A stretch of DNA of 64,000 nucleotides, from assembly GCA_028687915.1 (NCBI GenBank), contig JAQTZF010000001.1:290634-354633 (forward strand), read 5' to 3'. Positions 47,056-56,261 of this stretch are shown one piece after another (the first letter of the stretch is position 1; each line of letters begins with the position of its first letter). This stretch comes from Candidatus Daviesbacteria bacterium (GTDB lineage Bacteria > Patescibacteriota > Microgenomatia > Daviesbacterales > UBA10151). The translations under genes were made by a program, and so were the position numbers. A model generated the notes under the pieces. It made no database searches and was not told the DNA's origin. It worked only from the letters and a program-made list of their open reading frames with translations.

Positions 47056-47442
47056 TTATTCTCTAGAGCCTTTGGCTTTTCGAGCTTCTTCTCTAACTTC
47101 TTGCATAAACTGTTTGGCTTGTGCTGCAACTTCGGCATCTGGAGTAACAGTCTCTATTACTCGGTCAAAATACATTGACATTATCCCCTGAACTTGTGGT
47201 GGATAATCTCTCAAAGTGTCGTAGCTCGCTAATTCCCAAGCCATCGCTAGTCCAGCTCCTACCTTTTCTGAATCTGCTACAGACCCAACAAAAGCATCAA
47301 ACATTCTATCGCTTTGTGGTGTCATGCCATAGATGCCTGCTTCTTTCAACTTTCCTATCATTTGATCTCTACCTGGCATCTGCGCAACTTTCATTTCTGG
47401 TTTAGCTGGTTGCTCTGGTCTAACAGTTGGAATTTCTGACAT
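47056..47442 (-). CDS. hypothetical protein (moron-like)
   Basis: 128 aa, own GGGGGTG SD and AT-rich upstream region. Confidence 0.65.
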   Translation of the reverse strand: MSEIPTVRPEQPAKPEMKVAQMPGRDQMIGKLKEAGIYGMTPQSDRMFDAFVGSVADSEKVGAGLAMAWELASYDTLRDYPPQVQGIMSMYFDRVIETVTPDAEVAAQAKQFMQEVREEARKAKGSRE

Positions 47443-47539
47443 ATTTGTATTTCACCCCCTTTCTATATTCTCAATTTATAATGAGATTGATTAGGCATAT
47501 TATAGCAAAAAAACCACTTAACGGAAGATATTTATCCCT

Positions 47540-48532
47540 TTATATCGACTCGCAGGCTACTCCGTCACCAACTCCCACCGAGTCGAGCTTCATGGGATCA
47601 TTGGTTGCAGTGAATCCGCAGCAATCGAAAAATGCCTGGGCTTCAGCATGAGATGAGAAGTCAGAACAATCTCGATCTGGGCTGCTGCAAGAGTATTTAC
47701 ACGATCCGCCTGATGTCGTTTGCTGCTGGGTCTGTTGTGCAGGAGGCGCTGTAGTCGGTTTTGCAGTTGGTTTGGCTGTTGCGACTGGGCAAGCATTGTC
47801 TGCCCAGAGTCCCTTTTTGCCTTGCTCTGCTTCTTTTTGTGCCTGTTTATATGCTGCCTGATATTTATAGGGGGTATTGTAGGTGTATTCGTAAGCGAAG
47901 CCAGTGGCAATCATTACTTTGCCGAAGTCCACTGTGCCATCATCCGTCCACACATACCGCAAAAGTCGATTATATTTATCTCTTTCTCCCTGGATGGGAT
48001 CGGATTCGAGCAGGACTGTTTCGCCAGTGAGATTTTCCTTCGCGACTGCAGAGGCTTTTTCACCGAAGCATTCAACTGGCTTCCTGGGATCGACTGTCTC
48101 TGGTGTGTTGATACCTATAAATCTGATCGTCTCTGCTTTTCCGTTGATTGAGACATCGATGGTGTCGCCGTCGACGACTCTGGTTATCTTTGCACTTTGT
48201 CTGGTATCAGCTGGTGAGGGTGTAGCAGTAGGAGTCGATTCTTTGACTTCAACCGCAGCCGTTTGAGCTTCTGGAGTAGGAGTGACTTGCGCTTGCTCGT
48301 TTGTTTTCGTGTTCGATGGGGAGTTTACTGCAGAGACCCAGGCGCTGCCAAAGAATATGGTAAAAAGCGCGATCACTGCCAGGAGAGAATACTTTAATTT
48401 TGGTTTGCTGACCTTTTTATACACCAACCAACCGAGTCCGAGACCGATTGCAAAGGGGAAGAATGCCAGGGCGAGAATCCCGACGAGAGGAATTGTAATC
48501 AGTTTTCGCTTGCCTTCAAATAGTTTTTTCAT
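47540..48532 (-). CDS. membrane-anchored thermonuclease (SNase) with Excalibur-like C-terminal domain
   Basis: RVVDGDT, IRFIGINTPE, RDKYNRLLRY, KGLW; DRDCSDF...AQ.FF...DP.KLD..GDGVACE; N-terminal TMs. Confidence 0.9.
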   Translation of the reverse strand: MKKLFEGKRKLITIPLVGILALAFFPFAIGLGLGWLVYKKVSKPKLKYSLLAVIALFTIFFGSAWVSAVNSPSNTKTNEQAQVTPTPEAQTAAVEVKESTPTATPSPADTRQSAKITRVVDGDTIDVSINGKAETIRFIGINTPETVDPRKPVECFGEKASAVAKENLTGETVLLESDPIQGERDKYNRLLRYVWTDDGTVDFGKVMIATGFAYEYTYNTPYKYQAAYKQAQKEAEQGKKGLWADNACPVATAKPTAKPTTAPPAQQTQQQTTSGGSCKYSCSSPDRDCSDFSSHAEAQAFFDCCGFTATNDPMKLDSVGVGDGVACESI

Positions 48533-48640
48533 TCGTGTTCCTGATTTTGCCTGGATTGTAGGCTATTTATAACAATATATCAATCCAACCGATCTAGCCC
48601 CTTGCCTGGGGGCTAGACCTTAAACACCCGCGACTCTGGT

Positions 48641-49378
48641 CTAGTTTCCGTTCTTTCGCAGGTCGTAAGTGTCGTTGTCAAAGACGACGATCTGACCGCC
48701 TCTGGTGATGGTTATATTGACCAGTTCAGTCGTTTTGCCGTTTGCGTCTTTGTTTCTCCAGGTGAAGAAGTAATTGACTTTTTCTCCTGGTGTGATGCCG
48801 TCTCCGCCATCCTTTGTGCCTTCGTATTGCCTGGTCATCTTAGAAACATCGACTCCTAAGATTGCCTTGTGATCGGCAATAAACTTCTCGGCGACAGTGG
48901 CTGCTTCCTCCGCATTGTAGCGAGGAGTGTAGTCATAGACAGGTCTGGTATCCGTTGCACTTTCTCTCTGTCCCTGTCCCAATTCGACAATGTTATTGCC
49001 AGCTGGATCAACAATAAATGACCAGCCTTCAGAGGTGTAATACTCAAAAGAACCTCTGCCACAGTCAAAATTGACAGTAAATTCTTTGCTGACTGTAGGA
49101 TACATTGCGTGTAAGAACTCTCGAACATTGGCAACCGCCTGCTGGCGATCTGCTTCAGGTCGAGCAGCCAGATTGCAGTAGTCTGTCTTTGCTGTCTTAT
49201 ATTCGACAGACTCTTTGTCCTTGATACTATCGAGACGAGCTTGTGCTGCAGCAACCTGCTCCGCTTTGGTGTCCTCAACTGCTGCCACAGTTTCGCTTGC
49301 TTTATCCTTTTGGGTAAAAGCAAACACTCCTAGAGCGATCACTGCTATTGCTCCGATTAAGATTAGCTTTCCTTTCAT
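48641..49378 (-). CDS. exported hypothetical protein
   Basis: N-terminal signal/TM MKGKLILIGAIAVIALGVFAF. Confidence 0.7.
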   Translation of the reverse strand: MKGKLILIGAIAVIALGVFAFTQKDKASETVAAVEDTKAEQVAAAQARLDSIKDKESVEYKTAKTDYCNLAARPEADRQQAVANVREFLHAMYPTVSKEFTVNFDCGRGSFEYYTSEGWSFIVDPAGNNIVELGQGQRESATDTRPVYDYTPRYNAEEAATVAEKFIADHKAILGVDVSKMTRQYEGTKDGGDGITPGEKVNYFFTWRNKDANGKTTELVNITITRGGQIVVFDNDTYDLRKNGN

Positions 49379-50493
49379 TCGTTCTCACCTCCTTTCAATA
49401 GATAATTTTTAATGTTTTGTAGGTGTTCTTCGTAAGTGACTGCACAGTGAATCTGTCTGTTTGAATCGTGCAGGTAGTATAAGCAGTCAGTTTCCTCTGA
49501 GTTTAAGACGGCATCGATGGCATCGATTCCTGGGTTTGAGATCGGGAAGGGTGGAAGTCCTGCGTATTTATAGGTGTTATATTTTGAATCGATCTCTTTG
49601 TCTGCCACAGTGATCGGCTTCCAGAAGCCTGTGGTCAGCTCGTCGCGATCATCCCTGGCATATTGCACAGTGGCATCAACTTCGAGCTTCATATTCTTGA
49701 GCAATCGATTCCAAAGGATTCCCGCGATCAGTGGCATGTCGCTTTTGCCTCCTGCTTCCCGCTGCACTATCGAGGCAATTTTGAGAGCCGTTGTCCATTT
49801 GACATCCTGCTTCAGGAACTTGGTCATGTAGGGAGCAAACTGCTCGTCAAAGCGCCTGCGGAGACGATTGGCTGCGTCCAGTCCGTTCTCGTCAGTAGGT
49901 ATAAGGTATGTATCAGGGAAGTAGACACCCTCCAGGTGATCGTAGTCCATTGCGGTGTAGGTATAAGTCCATTCGTGCAGCGCCTTCTCATCCCATCCGA
50001 GAGCCTTTGCCAGGCGTTCTCCGATTTCTTCTTTCCTCAATCCTTCAGGAATAGTGACCCAGACGAGAGCTGGTTTATCCGCGACTGTTTTTGCGAGAGT
50101 CCAGGCATCCATGCTCTTGCTGATTCGGTAACCTCCTGCATCGATCTTGCTGTCAGTTTTGGTGAGGGCATAGTCGAAAGCCCAGGCGTTCTTTATAAAT
50201 CCCTGGCTGAGTAGTTTATCCTTGATGTCTTTCTGCTCAGCGACTGTGCTGACGACGAAGACTTCTGACTCTGCTTGTTTTTGTGGTGCGCTAAAAAGAG
50301 AATTGAAGTAGTAGACAGCCCCGCCTCCGATAATAAGCAGCGCTGCAATAACGATGAGGAGAATTTTTGCGAGAGAACTTTTTCTCACACGATCAAGAGG
50401 ATTGCCGAATTTCTTCTCCAGCTGATCTTTATATCTCAGCTCGTCCTCACTGAGAGGGAGGACTTTTGATGGGCTTACGCTAGTTTTTGTCAT
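49375..50493 (-). CDS. mltG: endolytic transglycosylase MltG (YceG family)
   Basis: TM anchor, VTIPEGL, EGVYFPDTY, ASIVQRE, NRL..M.LE.DA, YNTYKYAGLPPFPISNPG; start likely 50493. Confidence 0.92.
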   Translation of the reverse strand: MTKTSVSPSKVLPLSEDELRYKDQLEKKFGNPLDRVRKSSLAKILLIVIAALLIIGGGAVYYFNSLFSAPQKQAESEVFVVSTVAEQKDIKDKLLSQGFIKNAWAFDYALTKTDSKIDAGGYRISKSMDAWTLAKTVADKPALVWVTIPEGLRKEEIGERLAKALGWDEKALHEWTYTYTAMDYDHLEGVYFPDTYLIPTDENGLDAANRLRRRFDEQFAPYMTKFLKQDVKWTTALKIASIVQREAGGKSDMPLIAGILWNRLLKNMKLEVDATVQYARDDRDELTTGFWKPITVADKEIDSKYNTYKYAGLPPFPISNPGIDAIDAVLNSEETDCLYYLHDSNRQIHCAVTYEEHLQNIKNYLLKGGENE

Positions 50494-50494
50494 T

Positions 50495-50674
50495 TTACTT
50501 TTTGATAATTCCATAAGCTATTTTGCCCAGGAGGGCGATTGTAAATAAGAACACTAAATCTTTGCCGATAGGGTTATCAAAGCCCAGTGCGATGACTGCA
50601 AAGAATCCACAGAAGGCAAGCAGCCAGAGCCAGTAACCGACGGCATCACCGATAAAACTTAGGACTGCTTTCAT
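50495..50674 (-). CDS. 59-aa two-TM membrane protein
   Basis: MKAVLSFIGDAVGYWLWLLAFCGFFAVIALGFDNPIGKDLVFLFTIALLGKIAYGIIKK; ATGA overlap with HTH gene. Confidence 0.6.
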   Translation of the reverse strand: MKAVLSFIGDAVGYWLWLLAFCGFFAVIALGFDNPIGKDLVFLFTIALLGKIAYGIIKK

Positions 50675-50865
50675 TTCTGATTCCTCCCTTCCAGTAGTTT
50701 CTCGACATCCTCCCTGCGGTAGCGCCTGTCGCCTCTACTGCCAAAGCGAATCGCTTTGAGGATACCTTTGGCATCCCATTGGCGCAGGGTATTCGGGTGG
50801 ACATTGAGCATCTCACTGACTTCGCTCATTTTCAAAAGATCAGATTGTTTAGTTTGTTTTGCCAT
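50671..50865 (-). CDS. MerR/excisionase-like HTH protein
   Basis: LLKMSEVSEMLNVHPNTLRQWD.KG.L...R.G.RGDRRYRREDV. Confidence 0.85.
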   Translation of the reverse strand: MAKQTKQSDLLKMSEVSEMLNVHPNTLRQWDAKGILKAIRFGSRGDRRYRREDVEKLLEGRNQK

Positions 50866-51059
50866 AGTTATTCTGTTTTGTCTCCAGCCCTAAGACCTTC
50901 TCTCAAAGCATTCAGAGACGCTTTAGCATCGCGATCAGCCTGCTCTTTCCGTTCTTTCTTGCTGCCATTATCAAGCATCTTGTCCAGGCGGGCGAGCTGT
51001 TTATCCGAAACTTCCTTTGATTTTGAATGATTTAATAACATACTATTACTTTACATTAT

Positions 51060-51287
51060 CTACATTCCCTTGTCAAGTCCTTCGGTTTCTGCAGGTTGTT
51101 TTTCTGGTTCTGGTTGCGGGGGAAGTTTGCCAAAGCGTCGCTCATATTCCCGCTGATCATGGTAGGTCATTGCTGCCCACCGACCATTGCGAAGTTTAAT
51201 CGGATCGCGGTGTTCATTGCTGCGCCAGCATCCCTCCTTGCAGCTTTCGAGGGTAGGATATGTCCTGAAGAAGTGTTTTTGTTGCAT
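51060..51287 (-). CDS. hypothetical protein
   Basis: 75 aa ORF with A-rich upstream region. Confidence 0.5.
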   Translation of the reverse strand: MQQKHFFRTYPTLESCKEGCWRSNEHRDPIKLRNGRWAAMTYHDQREYERRFGKLPPQPEPEKQPAETEGLDKGM

Positions 51288-51307
51288 ATACTTTTTAATT
51301 TTTAACT

Positions 51308-51419
51308 TGGTGGCTGGGTCTGGTTAGTTTCCCCGAATTAAGGCAATCTCCTATTACGCAGGAGACGACTGGAGACTGCCAGTCCAGAGTCTAACCCCTG
51401 CTTTTGCCAGTCGCCACCA
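51308..51419 (-). ncRNA. candidate multi-stem structured RNA
   Basis: Closing TGGTGGC/GCCACCA, inner GGTTAG/CTAACC, hairpins GACTGG..CCAGTC and TCTCCT..AGGAGA; intergenic. Confidence 0.5.
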
Positions 51420-51420
51420 C

Positions 51421-51642
51421 CTATATTTCAATACCTGTCGGCTTCGGCGTATCTCCCGCGCTTCCACCATCCTCTGGATCGATGCGTTTCTGCTCGATCA
51501 TCTCTTTGCGGAAGGGTTTGCCGTCGCTGATAAAGATAACGACTCTACCGAATTTCACTCGGCGAATGTCTTCAAGGATAGCCAGCTCTGCTTTGGTTAC
51601 CTTGACCTCTTTGACTGGTATGAATTTATTTGTTTGGCTCAT
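51421..51642 (-). CDS. DUF2292/YezD-like small protein
   Basis: ILEDIRRVKFGRVVIFISDGKP..KE..EQKR resembles the YezD pattern i..i.fG.v.i.i.DG.....e..ek.r. Confidence 0.65.
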   Translation of the reverse strand: MSQTNKFIPVKEVKVTKAELAILEDIRRVKFGRVVIFISDGKPFRKEMIEQKRIDPEDGGSAGDTPKPTGIEI

Positions 51643-53185
51643 ATTTATTGCGTTTTTTTAATGCGATCTGCCAGTAGACCAGCGCCAGGAAGAAGTCATC
51701 CGCGCCAGTGTTTGCCCATTCCCGCTTCGTCTGTCCGAACTTGTCAGTCACATTGCGGGCATAGAGAGTTTGGGCATGCTGAATCAGCATTTTGAAGTTA
51801 GGACTGTCGACTTTCATTGCGAATTTAATCTCACCGCGTCTGAGCGCTGAGATCGTGTCGTCGATGATTCTGGTGCGGGAGGAGTAAACCTTCACCTCGT
51901 CAGTCAGTTCTTTGTCTTTGCCTTCCTCCTCATCGAAGAAGCGCACCACTTCGAGCATTTTGGGATCATCCTTAAACCAGTTGAGATATACCCTGTAGGG
52001 GAATTCTTTTGCCAGTGTCCAGGCTTCTTCGGTGTAAGGCTGCCCATCGATTACGACGACTCTGATGTCGTAGAACTTTATAAGGTCTGCTGCCTGCTGG
52101 AAGCGATCATGCCCTGGCTTGTCGGTCAATATACCGATCCAGAAGATTCCTTTTTTATTGCCGATGATGCAGTGGTTGCCTTTGCCCGATCCTTTGCCAG
52201 TATCAATGCCCATGACATTCCATTCTTCGCTGGTGTCGGCTGACTCCTCAGTTATATTGCGCATAAACAGGCTTTGTGGAATTTTTTGATCAGCTGCCAG
52301 GTAAGGAAGACCGAGACAGAAGTTATAAAAATAGGTGTCGTCGTCGGCATCGATGCGCTCCTGGATGAGGTCTGCTGCAGTCTTCCAGGGAACTTGCATC
52401 TGGCTGATCCAGTAGCCAGAAATCACTCTGCCTGGGAAGCGTGCCTCCCAACTGCCCAGCTCGTTGATCTGCTGCGGTGTGATTTCTTTTTTGCATTCCT
52501 GGCAGACATAAATCCCGCGATCTTCATCGACATTCTTTTCCCATTCCATGTGCTGACGGAAGCCACAGTGCGGGCAGTTGAAGCGCCAGTGCTTTTGATC
52601 TGACTGATCAAAGAGTTTATTGATGCCGTAGTCGGGAATGGTAGGAGTAGAAAAATAGTGCTGACTTCTTATTTTTGAAAAGCCCATACGAGAAGCAAAA
52701 TCACGGACGACTTCGGGCTTTGACTTGTCCAGCTCATCGTGGATGTTTCGATCTGAAGACAGCATGATGGCTTCGCGCTCGGTGAATGTTCCTTTGAAAA
52801 AGACGAATGACTTGCCGATTTCTTTTTGCTCGATTGAGTCGGTGCTTTTGGGATTGACCCCCTCCTGGATGCACTCGTTTACTTTGATGATTCTATTGAC
52901 CTTACTTTGCACGAATTTGAGAACATCGTCACCAGTGGGTAGGGTATAAATCTGGTTGATTCCCCAGTAGCGGGCAGCATGAAGGGTGCGGATGATCTCC
53001 ATTGTGCTTGCGCCCACCTGGGAGGCTTTCTGGATGACCTGAATGGGTGTGCGGTCAGCATAAAGATCGAGCATGAAGCGGTGATCCTGGAACTCAATCG
53101 GCTCGCCGTTTTCATTCTTGACCTTATTGTCCAGAATCCAGTGCAGGACGCTGATTTTATTTTTGTTTACTTGTTTTTCTTCCAT
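51626..53185 (-). CDS. terminase large subunit (GpA-like, with zinc ribbon)
   Basis: QKASQVGAS Walker A, IHDELD Walker B, STPT, CPHC/CQEC, GIDTG nuclease, DDFF. Confidence 0.9.
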   Translation of the reverse strand: MEEKQVNKNKISVLHWILDNKVKNENGEPIEFQDHRFMLDLYADRTPIQVIQKASQVGASTMEIIRTLHAARYWGINQIYTLPTGDDVLKFVQSKVNRIIKVNECIQEGVNPKSTDSIEQKEIGKSFVFFKGTFTEREAIMLSSDRNIHDELDKSKPEVVRDFASRMGFSKIRSQHYFSTPTIPDYGINKLFDQSDQKHWRFNCPHCGFRQHMEWEKNVDEDRGIYVCQECKKEITPQQINELGSWEARFPGRVISGYWISQMQVPWKTAADLIQERIDADDDTYFYNFCLGLPYLAADQKIPQSLFMRNITEESADTSEEWNVMGIDTGKGSGKGNHCIIGNKKGIFWIGILTDKPGHDRFQQAADLIKFYDIRVVVIDGQPYTEEAWTLAKEFPYRVYLNWFKDDPKMLEVVRFFDEEEGKDKELTDEVKVYSSRTRIIDDTISALRRGEIKFAMKVDSPNFKMLIQHAQTLYARNVTDKFGQTKREWANTGADDFFLALVYWQIALKKRNKYEPNK

Positions 53186-53756
53186 AGTGGTTTTTGATCA
53201 ACTGATCAATCTCTTTGCCGATTTCGTTTTCCTCCGAAGTAGGAGGCAGCTGCTCTTTCTCATCGATATAATGAGAGACGATAGTTTTCCCAGTAGCTTC
53301 GCCGAACTCTGTCCTGTGCATTTCCCAGAGGTATTTGACATCGAGGACAGTCACATCGGTTTTCTTTGCCTCCCTGCGCAGTTTTTTCAATTTCGAAACA
53401 AGAACATCAGTGACCAGGAATTTTCGCTGCAATCGGAATCGGTCAGTCTCTTGCTTCAGATCGGTGAGTTCTTCCGTGAGCTGCAATTCTGTCCTATCAA
53501 CCCAGCGATATTTTCTCGACCACCTTTCAATCGTTGACTCTGCGGGTTTCTTGCCCAGTCGACTTGTGAATTCCGCCCCCATATCGCCATCGTCCTGCCC
53601 CCAGTTTCTGAGAACCTTTCTTAGGCTGCCGACTTCCACATACAAAAGCCATGCACAATACTGCTGCTCAGTTTCACCTGGCATTTTTTCTGTCGTCAGT
53701 GTCGGCTTTATTGCTGGCACTATTTTCTTTTTAATTTTGGTTTGTTTTTTAGCCAT
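53157..53756 (-). CDS. putative terminase small subunit
   Basis: ET..QY.AW..Y...GSLRKV...TIERWS.KY.W..R; overlaps TerL start. Confidence 0.7.
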   Translation of the reverse strand: MAKKQTKIKKKIVPAIKPTLTTEKMPGETEQQYCAWLLYVEVGSLRKVLRNWGQDDGDMGAEFTSRLGKKPAESTIERWSRKYRWVDRTELQLTEELTDLKQETDRFRLQRKFLVTDVLVSKLKKLRREAKKTDVTVLDVKYLWEMHRTEFGEATGKTIVSHYIDEKEQLPPTSEENEIGKEIDQLIKNHYGRKTSKQK

Positions 53757-54056
53757 ATTTTCTTAAAAACTTTGTGATCATCCGCACCAGCCAAAGCCAG
53801 GATCGCTCCCACCAGCTGAGTCCTTCCTTTGGCAGCGGTTTGATTTCGCGTTTGCTCTGCTCACTCTCAAGGTGAGGTGAGATATAGTCTTCCTTCAATA
53901 GTGGTGGTATAGGTTTAAGGTCTATCATGGCTTGCTTGTTGAATCCGCTTTAACTCCCGCGCGATTTCGTCCCGCTGCGGGGAAGTGAGCGCTCGATAAT
54001 TTCTTTTGACCACCTCGAAAGGTAGCCCTAGACTGACTGCGAGTTTTCGCAGCAAT

Positions 54057-54254
54057 TTAACTTTCTTTTGGTTCATGTTTGATTCCGATTTTGTAACCTG
54101 CTGCTTGGGCGCATTCTTTGCACACCCTCGCTTTGTATTTGACCTCTGGCATTCTCACGCCATTGACTATCGGAGTTTCTGTCATAACCACGCTGTAGGA
54201 CTTGTAAAGCCCGACGACTTTATCGCACCCCACGCATCGCACTACTTGTTTCAC
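54057..54254 (-). CDS. small zinc-finger protein
   Basis: CVGC and CKEC. Confidence 0.6.
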   Translation of the reverse strand: MKQVVRCVGCDKVVGLYKSYSVVMTETPIVNGVRMPEVKYKARVCKECAQAAGYKIGIKHEPKES

Positions 54255-54502
54255 GGATTCTCACCTCCTTTTAGTGTTTTAATTTCTAACCAGTTTTCAA
54301 TATCGCAGTTGTCTCCAGCTTCATTGCGATCAATCGCCTGAGTGATTTCTTCCTGAATCTGTTTTTGTGTGTGTCCGTCAATTTCTACCCAGTGGTTTTT
54401 TAGATAATCGACTACCAATGAAACCGCACCAGTGCGCCTTCCCAGCGCGTAGCGGAATGCAAAAAATAGAATGTCGATGTCTTCTTTGTTTAGTTTTGTC
54501 AT
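54251..54502 (-). CDS. hypothetical phage protein
   Basis: AFRYALGRRT motif; start MTKLNK at 54502. Confidence 0.65.
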   Translation of the reverse strand: MTKLNKEDIDILFFAFRYALGRRTGAVSLVVDYLKNHWVEIDGHTQKQIQEEITQAIDRNEAGDNCDIENWLEIKTLKGGENP

Positions 54503-54978
54503 GGTTGTATAACCTCCCCCTCGACTGGCTGATCGCCAGAACCCAGCATTTTGAATCCTGACTCGTTTAATGTTTCGAATAAGGTCTGTCCGTTTTTGGT
54601 CACCATGTAGGGCAGGAAAATCTGCTCCATTTTGACCATCTTGGTTTGCAGGATCGCCATCTGTGCATCGATCCACACCTTCACAATCCGCCAGGCAACA
54701 CGCAGCGCCTGGTCTTCGTTGGCATATCCGCTGCGGATTTTGCCCTGTCGCACTTGTTCTTCCAGGACTCGAAGGACTGGCTGTTTATCGCAGGGCAATT
54801 TGATTCCCAGCTCTTTGCCATTCACATCGATGCTGAAAGAGAGTGCCTCGATCTGTCCCGCCTTGTTGTAGTTCGACAAGATTGACTTCGCACCATTGAC
54901 CGCCAGTGTTTGCTGAATTTCATTGATCGTTTTATAAGCCTCGATCTCGGTGGTGTAATTCAATAAACCTTTACCCAT
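54499..54978 (-). CDS. hypothetical phage protein
   Basis: NYTT.I...KTI.EIQ..L...GA; QA.RVAWRI.K.W..AQ.A; FLPY...GQTLFE. Confidence 0.7.
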   Translation of the reverse strand: MGKGLLNYTTEIEAYKTINEIQQTLAVNGAKSILSNYNKAGQIEALSFSIDVNGKELGIKLPCDKQPVLRVLEEQVRQGKIRSGYANEDQALRVAWRIVKVWIDAQMAILQTKMVKMEQIFLPYMVTKNGQTLFETLNESGFKMLGSGDQPVEGEVIQP

Positions 54979-55231
54979 TGTCTTTTTCCTCCTCTTTGGC
55001 AAGCAGCTCTTTGGTAATTTCTAAAATCTTGAGCTGTTTGACGCGGTTGGCTTCGGACTGCTCGATGGCTTCTTTTTTCCTCTGCTTTTCGACACCATAA
55101 GGAGTCGGAATCTTTCGGACGATCTGCTCGTCGTCGAGACTCTTAAGGTAGAGGATGTCGATCTCCTGGATGATCAGCTCTCGCTCCAGGCTGTCGACCA
55201 TATCTGTTAGGTGTTGCTTTCTAGTTTTCAT
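54971..55231 (-). CDS. hypothetical protein
   Basis: 86 aa helical ORF in tightly packed operon. Confidence 0.55.
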   Translation of the reverse strand: MKTRKQHLTDMVDSLERELIIQEIDILYLKSLDDEQIVRKIPTPYGVEKQRKKEAIEQSEANRVKQLKILEITKELLAKEEEKDNG

Positions 55232-55385
55232 AATTTTTTATCGTTCAATTTCTCCAGCAGCTTCTTTTTTAGTAAATGTTCCCTCGTCAACCTCGATCTG
55301 CTTTTTGGTTGCGAGTTCGATCAGGACATAAACCGCCCGACCTTTGGCATCCTTGCGTTTGCCTTCAAAGTGGAACTTTGGCTTT

Positions 55386-55766
55386 TTATCTGACATATTT
55401 CTTCACCTCCTTTATTGGTTTGATTTTTATAATGACTTTGTTTTCCTTCGTGCCATTGACCGCCTCGGTAGTGACCCGCCTGACAAAACGAGTGTCGTCT
55501 TCTTCGATCAGTTTGTATTTCAAGCCGTCGATGTAGAGCTTGCTGGCGATGTTATCGCTGTCGCGGTGCAGGTTGTTTTTGTAGTAGGCAATGATTGTGA
55601 TGTCGACTGGCTTCGTAAAAATCTTTCTCTCGCGCGGGAGAGCAGCTGCGACGAAACTGTGAATCTCCTGGGCAAGCTCCTGGCGTCGTGACCAGTGCTT
55701 CTGCTCATAGAGAGCATTCCAGCTGACTGCCTGGTGATCTGTTATTGTGAGTGTGACTTGTTTCAT
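55386..55766 (-). CDS. RusA-like Holliday junction resolvase
   Basis: RDSDN..K..IDGL....I.EDD motif. Confidence 0.8.
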   Translation of the reverse strand: MKQVTLTITDHQAVSWNALYEQKHWSRRQELAQEIHSFVAAALPRERKIFTKPVDITIIAYYKNNLHRDSDNIASKLYIDGLKYKLIEEDDTRFVRRVTTEAVNGTKENKVIIKIKPIKEVKKYVR

Positions 55767-56101
55767 ATAATTGATAGTTGCTCCTGCACTGCAGGCTTTG
55801 CTTCAACTGGTAACTTCTTTTTTCTTTCCCTTTTTTCCTTCCTTTCGAATGCCGACATCGGGACGATGGCGACCTTCTTTCCTTGATGGTTTGTCCAGAC
55901 AGAGTCATGCTCTGTCGCGATCCGCAATGCTTCAGCGCTTTCAATCTCGTATTTCACCTTGCGGTTTTTGCCCAGGTAGCAGCAGAAGCGATCCACTTTT
56001 CCCAGGGCTTTGATCGAGAGTCCGATGCAGAGGGATTGTTTGCCTTCCTCGAATTGCCCCTCCCGACACATAAAAGGATGCTGGACTGTGTGGACTTTCA
56101 T
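55763..56101 (-). CDS. hypothetical protein
   Basis: 112 aa, overlapping neighbours in early operon. Confidence 0.55.
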   Translation of the reverse strand: MKVHTVQHPFMCREGQFEEGKQSLCIGLSIKALGKVDRFCCYLGKNRKVKYEIESAEALRIATEHDSVWTNHQGKKVAIVPMSAFERKEKRERKKKLPVEAKPAVQEQLSII

Positions 56102-56261
56102 GCCCTGCCTCCTTTCTTCTCTGGCTCTTTTTTCTCTCTGCCGTCAGCCAGGACGACCTCTTTTTCTCCTGGCACTTGGATGCTCACTTTGCAGTGATAT
56201 TTTTCCGCCAGTCTCTGGTTGGTCTTCATAAAATTGTTGAGTGATTTTTGTAGTGACATAG

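Noticed and set aside
51308-51419. tRNA or tmRNA suggested by the GCCACCA end
   Set aside because: No T-loop or anticodon arm; the CCA is part of the closing stem
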